In this document: in pieces, positions 58,130 to 64,000 of the stretch
Layout of the letters: each line of letters opens with the position of its first letter
Position numbering within the stretch: position 1 is the stretch's first letter
Origin: a virus
DNA: 64,000 bases
Strand: one strand, 5' to 3'
Virus record (IMG/VR): IMGVR_UViG_3300040801_004793
Span: 1 to 64,000 of that record
Notes under the pieces: model-generated
The model's database searches: none
What the model was told of the DNA's origin: nothing
Seen by the model: the letters and a program-made list of their open reading frames with translations, nothing else
Made by a program: the position numbers and the translations under genes

Positions 58130-58711
58130 ATGCTTCCTAAAGAAATTCAGCAATTACTATCTATGCCCGGTACTGTAATCTCTTCCTCGTATCAACCTAT
58201 TGAAATTTACTTAGGCGGGCCTGTAATGTCTCTAATTGCAGAAACTCCTTCGTATGCTCTTCAGTGGAGACAAGTTTTCTTTCCTAAGATGTTGAATACT
58301 TTTTTAGAGGAAGAAAATATTATAGATCCCCCTCTTTTTAAATTTCATAATCCTTGCGAGGGAATGTCTACTAAGGAAAATAGTTTCTCCCTAAATGAGA
58401 GTAATTCTTTTCTCTACAATAGTAAATTTATTTTTGAAAAATGTATTTGGCAAATTGAAAGAAGTTCTATTCTTCTTTTTAATTTTCTAGAAGACGGGGG
58501 CTCTAGTTCTCTAGGTTCTATTTGGGAAGCTGGATTAGGGTACGGGACAGATAAAACAATTATCTATATAATTCCAGAAGAATCTGAGATGAGGTCACAT
58601 CCCATGATTGAACACTCAGCAGATTTTATCTGCCCCGATTTAAAAACAGCTTGTAGAGCTTTACTCTTTTCTGCCCTAAAGATACAAAACTCTAATGAAA
58701 GTTTTATCTAG
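58130..58711 (+). CDS. nucleoside 2-deoxyribosyltransferase-like protein
   Basis: IYLGGP, WR, NP, S.GS.WE.G......K.I pattern. Confidence 0.7.
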   Translation: MLPKEIQQLLSMPGTVISSSYQPIEIYLGGPVMSLIAETPSYALQWRQVFFPKMLNTFLEEENIIDPPLFKFHNPCEGMSTKENSFSLNESNSFLYNSKFIFEKCIWQIERSSILLFNFLEDGGSSSLGSIWEAGLGYGTDKTIIYIIPEESEMRSHPMIEHSADFICPDLKTACRALLFSALKIQNSNESFI

Positions 58712-59789
58712 TGATCTAATTCCCGCTCTAAATACACTTGTTAGTTTTAGTAATACTAAAGATTATTTGTACTTTTTGTATGACTTAAATAATCCGGGTA
58801 CTTTACTTTTGGAGAAAAAAGATAGTTGGGAATTTCCCGGCCACTTTTGCTTTTATATTCCAGTAGAAGAGCGAGAGGGGGAAACTTTTTCAAGTTGTAA
58901 AATAACTTTTGAAAATATCAAACCGATATCTGCTCTTAAAGCTAGTGTGTTGGAAGAACACGTTTATCTATTCTCTCAAAATAACTCTGTTAGAGTGGAG
59001 TCTGCTGTAGTCTATAATATCCCTTCAGAGGCCGCCACAAGCCAACAGACAGCGCCTAGTGTAACCAGTAGCCCGGTAGTAAGTAACGACAAGATTACTG
59101 CTCTCAGTAAGCTTCTAGCCCGCTTTAAGAAAGATAATTTTAAAGGTTGTTTTACTGTTTTACCAAACAGAATATACTGTCCGGGCACCTATCACCTATC
59201 TATTATTGAAGTAGAGGGTCTTTCTAGTACATGGGACGGAGCGTATTCTTGTAATACTACCCAATTTAATAAACTAACTAAGTTGGGTTTTGATCTTTCT
59301 TTTGGAAGTTCTGGTTGTATTTTAGGAGTTCAAGGGGAAACTATTAGGTATGTAATTTCATTACCATCTGTGTCCTCTTCTGTCTTAAATTCTATAGATT
59401 TTATAGATAGCGAAAGAAAACTCAGAGTTTTACATGAAGATAATACGCCTCCTTTAAAGATACAAAACTGTAAAAGATTTACGTCTTTATTGAACTCGGC
59501 TTCTGCTGATACGAAGTATGATTTATGTCAAGTAGAAACAGACCCTAGTTTATCTAGAATAGCTATCAGCTTTTATCAGGGTAAGCAAAAAACAAATTCT
59601 TTTGTCTATGACGAAGTAGAAATCTCACCAAAATATATTTGTTGTTATTTACAAACCAAACAACTTATTGCAGTAAGTCAACTTTGTGAGAAAGGAGATT
59701 TAGTTCTTAAGATTGTTTCCTCTTTCGATCCCGTTGAAGCTCAGACTCTTTACGGCACGACTTATTTGATGCAAGGCCTAGTAAGATAG
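58695..59789 (+). CDS. possible sliding-clamp (beta-clamp-like) protein
   Basis: 364 aa; N-terminus ..DL..AL..L and C-terminus YLM..L.R resemble DnaN; replication context. Confidence 0.4.
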   Translation: MKVLSSDLIPALNTLVSFSNTKDYLYFLYDLNNPGTLLLEKKDSWEFPGHFCFYIPVEEREGETFSSCKITFENIKPISALKASVLEEHVYLFSQNNSVRVESAVVYNIPSEAATSQQTAPSVTSSPVVSNDKITALSKLLARFKKDNFKGCFTVLPNRIYCPGTYHLSIIEVEGLSSTWDGAYSCNTTQFNKLTKLGFDLSFGSSGCILGVQGETIRYVISLPSVSSSVLNSIDFIDSERKLRVLHEDNTPPLKIQNCKRFTSLLNSASADTKYDLCQVETDPSLSRIAISFYQGKQKTNSFVYDEVEISPKYICCYLQTKQLIAVSQLCEKGDLVLKIVSSFDPVEAQTLYGTTYLMQGLVR

Positions 59790-59826
59790 AGTAGGTTACA
59801 ATATAGTCAGGATTTAAATCGTGACT

Positions 59827-60306
59827 ATGAAAATACTAGGCTTTGATGTTGGCTCTAAAAATTTAGGATATTCTATTTGTGAGTTTGAGAAAGAAAGGTG
59901 TAGCTTACTTTTAGCAGGCACTCTTGTTATGACTCACCCTGAAATATCCCAAAGACTTGTAGTAGCAAACAATCTAATAAGTAATCTGATTAAAGACTAT
60001 TCTATAGAAGCTATAGGATATGAGGCTCCGTATATGAACAAAGGGGCTAACGCTATGGGTTTATACTTTGTAGCTGGTTTAATTAACCTTAAGGCAGGTC
60101 AATTTAATTTACCCGTAGTTCCTTTGAGTCCAGCCACCGTAAAAAAAGAAGTTACGGGAAGTGGAAAAGCTGAAAAAGTTCAAGTCGAGAAAAAAGTAAA
60201 AGAATTATTGCAGCCTTTTACTTCAGAAACTATCTCTTTCAATACAGATCACGAAAGTGATGCTGCTGCAATCTGTATAACTACCAGTAAAAAACTATTA
60301 AAATAA
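59827..60306 (+). CDS. ruvC: RuvC-like Holliday junction resolvase
   Basis: ILGFDVG, YE, P..VKK.VTGSGKA.K, DHESDA. Confidence 0.92.
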   Translation: MKILGFDVGSKNLGYSICEFEKERCSLLLAGTLVMTHPEISQRLVVANNLISNLIKDYSIEAIGYEAPYMNKGANAMGLYFVAGLINLKAGQFNLPVVPLSPATVKKEVTGSGKAEKVQVEKKVKELLQPFTSETISFNTDHESDAAAICITTSKKLLK

Positions 60307-60586
60307 ATCTATGCCTATTCAATTTCTTATCAACCGCAGTTCTGGAGCTAAATTTAGAATTGAAGCAGTAAATAAAACTGCTTTGGATAAAGGTCTTATC
60401 CCGCCTTTTGTCATTGACGAGAAAGGTCTTATCCAGACTATTAAAAATAGTCAAAACTACCGCTTTGTTACTAAATTTACTTGGAGCTGGCCTACTCCTA
60501 AATTTGAAGTTATTTATAAACCGGGTTCTGAGGAAGAAGTAAACTTAGGAATTTTCTAATTAAAACCGGAAAAAGAGTTTATTCTG

Positions 60587-60613
60587 GCCCCCTAGATATT
60601 TAGGGGGCTTTAT
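60587..60613 (+). terminator. rho-independent terminator
   Basis: GCCCCCTA-GATATT-TAGGGGGC followed by TTTATTT. Confidence 0.55.
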
Positions 60614-60635
60614 TTGTCTTCTATACAAAAAAGTC

Positions 60636-61484
60636 ATGAATCACACCTTTATTCTTAACACTCCCTCAAAAGCACCCGATCTTTACATTGGTGACTTGGT
60701 AGAAAATACAAATGCTTTGAGAGACGATATTGGACCCTTTCTTATAAATCTGGTTAATCAAAAGAAAGCTAGACTTAGAACAGATTTAAATCACTTTTAT
60801 TTCCCTGCGATGAGGGAAACTTTTCTTTATACTGCTAGAAGCACTAGTGTTATTAATCTAGGATCTAGTAGTGTTGTCTATTACCTTTCAGAAGAAGATC
60901 TAGAAAACGATCATCTTCAGTGGCTTTTAAAAGTTTCCGGGAAAAGTGTGTCGGACCTTTTAACAGAACGGCGAACTAATACTACTGAGTATTCATTAGA
61001 GAGGCTGTATAGTTCTAATCCTGGTGCTCAGTATGGCCTTTATTATATACTTAGGAAATTTTATAATTTTTCTAATTTTTATAACGAGGAGCCGGGTCAA
61101 ATTAATTTTCCGCAAAGGGGTTTAAAAGTACTTAGTACTTTGTTTCCATCTTTAAATTTTCAGCGTATCAGTATTACGAATTACTACGGTGTGTATAAAT
61201 TTTTGTCTGCTCTATTTGCACTTATTTCCCCACGAGGAATCTACTACCTTTCTGAAGGCAACTTTTTAGAGGGGAAAAGAGAAATGTCTAACAGCCTCTT
61301 ACTTTTTAGTAAGACGAGGGGCATATCAAAACTAGGTTATGACTTTTCTAAATTAGAATATGACAGCTTTCCAAATAGTCAAAGAGCAGTTGTGACTTTA
61401 GCCCAAAAATTAAAAATACCAGTCTATAACCTCTACTACCCTGTAGATAGAAAACACATTATTCGTAATGTGTTCTATTGCTGA
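60636..61484 (+). CDS. hypothetical protein, possibly SLOG/DprA-like
   Basis: C-terminal AV..LA....IPVYNL pattern only. Confidence 0.35.
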   Translation: MNHTFILNTPSKAPDLYIGDLVENTNALRDDIGPFLINLVNQKKARLRTDLNHFYFPAMRETFLYTARSTSVINLGSSSVVYYLSEEDLENDHLQWLLKVSGKSVSDLLTERRTNTTEYSLERLYSSNPGAQYGLYYILRKFYNFSNFYNEEPGQINFPQRGLKVLSTLFPSLNFQRISITNYYGVYKFLSALFALISPRGIYYLSEGNFLEGKREMSNSLLLFSKTRGISKLGYDFSKLEYDSFPNSQRAVVTLAQKLKIPVYNLYYPVDRKHIIRNVFYC

Positions 61485-62926
61485 TTTTCTTCTGGCACTT
61501 CTGTAGCTTGCGTGTCTACGGCTGAAGGTTCTTGTCCACTAGAATCAGGTGGGGGAGTATAACTAGTGCCTAACATAGGATGTACTCCCTGATAAACCTG
61601 ATTTTCGTAGTAAGACTTAAGAAGTTGTTCTTGGAGATAAGTCTGAGATTCTTCTTTAGTAACTGTAGGAAGTCCAAGACTATCATACAGAGCATTTTGA
61701 ATATTAATATTTTGTGCCGGTAATATTTGACTACTTACTGCACTAATAATATTTTGAACTCTCAAAGAGATCGACTCTTGATCTTCAATTTCGTCCATCT
61801 TAAAGGTGCCAAAGTTTTTGGTAACACCAAAGTTCCAAATAAGAAGGGGTTTTACTATTTTTTCTACTAGTTGATCTCTAATTTGAGCAACTACACTTTC
61901 AATTTGAGCATCTAGTATAGTTTTTTTCTGTCGAGAAAGATTACTAAAAGAGACACCTTCTCTAAAAGTCATTTCTGGAATTCCATAACTTTTCATAATT
62001 CCGTTTTCAAGAATTGTAATATACATCTGCCAAGTAGCTTCTTTGGTTGTAGGGATGAGAGGCATTACTTGGTTTTTATTATCTGTTACAAGAACGGAAT
62101 TATTTTCAAGATTTAAAAGTTGTTGAGCTAGAGCGTGAACGGCGGACTGAACCATTGGAGTGCCGTCAGAGTTAAAACGAGGATTTCCCTGGGAATCAAC
62201 AATTTGTACAGTTTCATTTGAGTCTGCTTTTCCAAGCCACATACCAGAAGCACTATTTTTTGCAGAGATCATCATCTCTGTAAGAATTGCTTGTTTGGCT
62301 TTATAGTATTGATAAGCTGTACCGGATTCAGGATCTCCATAAACCATGTCGTGTTCTCCGATATTCGAAGAAAAACCATTTACGACATGAATAATTTTAG
62401 GGTATGGAATTTTTTTAACTTTTCCAGTAGATTCTCTATAACGAAGAAAAAAGATCTCACCGTTTTTACCTTCAAAAGAGATACGAGTTTGATCTAAAAT
62501 GTTTATATTCTTTAGACGCCACTGACCTAAAATTTCATCTGTAAAAACAATTTCCCCACCAGAAAACCCCAAAGCCATAGCGGAAGCTAAACGACCTACA
62601 ATATGAGTCAGGCTTCCCCTCATTCCATCAAAATTTTCTTGCACCCATCTTTCTATAAAAGCATCTTCATGGCTATATTTCCCCAACATTAAAGCAGCTC
62701 GTAAACACTTTAATTCTATGCAACTTCTAACAAGAGGATCTTTTCTAGCCATCTTGAGATAGTCAATAAGTTTAGGATCATTATTAGAAACTTCTTGTAA
62801 AAAAGTTTGAGTAATAGAATTTAAACTCGAACTGATTTGACCCGAAACAGGAGCCATTAAGCTAGGATTCCAAGTTTTTACTTTGTCTTGTTTTTGTGTG
62901 TATAAATTTTTAAAGTTAGGGGCCAT
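61475..62926 (-). CDS. phage portal protein (DUF935/Mu gp29-like)
   Basis: 483 aa; M..DP.V.SC.E, A...GFS..EI.F, I..QL...IVKPL..WNFG; start of the opposite-strand module. Confidence 0.75.
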   Translation of the reverse strand: MAPNFKNLYTQKQDKVKTWNPSLMAPVSGQISSSLNSITQTFLQEVSNNDPKLIDYLKMARKDPLVRSCIELKCLRAALMLGKYSHEDAFIERWVQENFDGMRGSLTHIVGRLASAMALGFSGGEIVFTDEILGQWRLKNINILDQTRISFEGKNGEIFFLRYRESTGKVKKIPYPKIIHVVNGFSSNIGEHDMVYGDPESGTAYQYYKAKQAILTEMMISAKNSASGMWLGKADSNETVQIVDSQGNPRFNSDGTPMVQSAVHALAQQLLNLENNSVLVTDNKNQVMPLIPTTKEATWQMYITILENGIMKSYGIPEMTFREGVSFSNLSRQKKTILDAQIESVVAQIRDQLVEKIVKPLLIWNFGVTKNFGTFKMDEIEDQESISLRVQNIISAVSSQILPAQNINIQNALYDSLGLPTVTKEESQTYLQEQLLKSYYENQVYQGVHPMLGTSYTPPPDSSGQEPSAVDTQATEVPEENQQ

Positions 62927-63998
62927 CGTTAATACTTATTGCTAGTACTTCAATTTTTTCAAATTGGTTTTCGGGTAAGTTATTGAGTGTCTCAAGATTC
63001 GTATCGGGAATTAAATCTATTAAAGCTGGAATACTAACTCTCTTCGTCATGTCAGTATCTAAAGCTAGGTTGTCTGTGTAATTAGTATTGTCTAAATTAC
63101 TAATTGGGTAAAAGCCATATTTTAATTCTACCCCATGAAAGAAGAAGCCTTCTGTTGGTACATCATCGGTTCTCCAATGAAAGAAAGGAAGACTGCTTTC
63201 GTCTGTAAAAATTAGGTGATCTCCTTCTGTACTATAGCCTAAACAGTTTCTTTGCCATGCTCCTCTCACTCTCTGATAAAGGGTAAAAGCTACACTTTTA
63301 GGAGTATTAGGATATTTGTCTACCCAGTTTACTTCATTTTCATAATCATCCGTCATAAAAAGAGATGAAAGAAAATCAAAGGGACCTAGTACTACTTCTG
63401 GGTATATAGCAGCGTCAATTAAAGATGTACTAACATCTGCAATACTTCCAGGAAGTAAATTCCCTTCTACAACTCTATTTCTTTCGTAGACAAGAGTTAC
63501 TCCATTTTCAGAAATTTCGAAGATGCCTATAATCCAAGGTTGATCTAAATCAAAATAAGTCTCAGGATCTTGATTTCTGTCGATATCACCAAAAGATCCC
63601 CCAACGTGAAAAACAACGTAGGCTTTTTCAGAATTGTTAAAAAGTAAAAACTGACCTTCATCTAGAGGACCTTCTCCAGACCAACTAGCTATAAAAGCTT
63701 TTGGAAATTTATGTACTTTTCCTTTCCAAAAAGCATAGTATTCTACAAAGGGTTGGTCCCAGGAGGGATGTATGGGAAGTAAACTTTCGTTTGGAGCTAC
63801 GTAAGGAGAATTTCCATCAAAAACAGTTACAGAAGAAGAGTAGTTGCCACTAGTACTTCCAGGTATAATATTCCCTGTTAATGTTCCCGTAAAAATTATA
63901 TTGCCTCCTGAGTATAAATTTAAGATTGGATCAGGAGAAATAGAACTTGGAGAATCACAGCTTACTGAACTTGAGCTGTTATAGGCCCAAGCTTGAGT
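62916..63998 (-). CDS. partial CDS, probable virion structural protein
   Basis: Hand-checked: the frame of ORF 62916..63356 stays open to the window edge (S/G/T/N-rich), so the true start is outside the window. Confidence 0.7.
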   Translation of the reverse strand, partial: TQAWAYNSSSSVSCDSPSSISPDPILNLYSGGNIIFTGTLTGNIIPGSTSGNYSSSVTVFDGNSPYVAPNESLLPIHPSWDQPFVEYYAFWKGKVHKFPKAFIASWSGEGPLDEGQFLLFNNSEKAYVVFHVGGSFGDIDRNQDPETYFDLDQPWIIGIFEISENGVTLVYERNRVVEGNLLPGSIADVSTSLIDAAIYPEVVLGPFDFLSSLFMTDDYENEVNWVDKYPNTPKSVAFTLYQRVRGAWQRNCLGYSTEGDHLIFTDESSLPFFHWRTDDVPTEGFFFHGVELKYGFYPISNLDNTNYTDNLALDTDMTKRVSIPALIDLIPDTNLETLNNLPENQFEKIEVLAISINDGP

Positions 63999-64000
63999 GA

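Noticed and set aside
1-64000. Genome-wide stop-codon reassignment
   Set aside because: Conserved genes are intact under the standard code, TAG ends several genes cleanly, and no suppressor tRNA was seen

Overview
This window is an AT-rich segment of a large dsDNA bacteriophage. The host is most likely a cyanobacterium, inferred from the ThyX type, the FGE-domain proteins and the CCA-less tRNAs. Positions 1-61484 are almost entirely + strand. About 1-32 kb is an accessory region holding many small hypothetical genes, a tandem array of ten FGE-sulfatase/C-type-lectin-fold (CLec) genes, ten tRNAs, a CCA-adding enzyme, an RNA ligase, a 2H phosphoesterase and RlpA. About 32-36 kb carries a four-gene ubiquitin-like conjugation cluster (Ubl, JAB, E2, E1). 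About 36-61 kb is nucleotide metabolism, recombination and replication: dUTPase, intein-split ThyX, Sak4-like ATPase, SSB, exonuclease, primase, helicase, family A polymerase, class II RNR, PduO, Dam, RuvC and a GGDEF-EAL protein. The minus-strand structural module starts at 61475 with the portal. Four observations stand out. (1) Four CLec paralogs end in variable regions with the adenine-mutagenesis codon signature of diversity-generating retroelements, yet I found no RT or template repeat in the window. (2) Eight paralogs share a C-terminal [F/L]GF-stop tail that looks like a docking motif. (3) The phage encodes a complete PRTRC-type ubiquitin-like system. (4) A probable ~300-nt structured ncRNA abuts a tRNA. 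All protein calls come from motif recognition by eye; no database searches were run.
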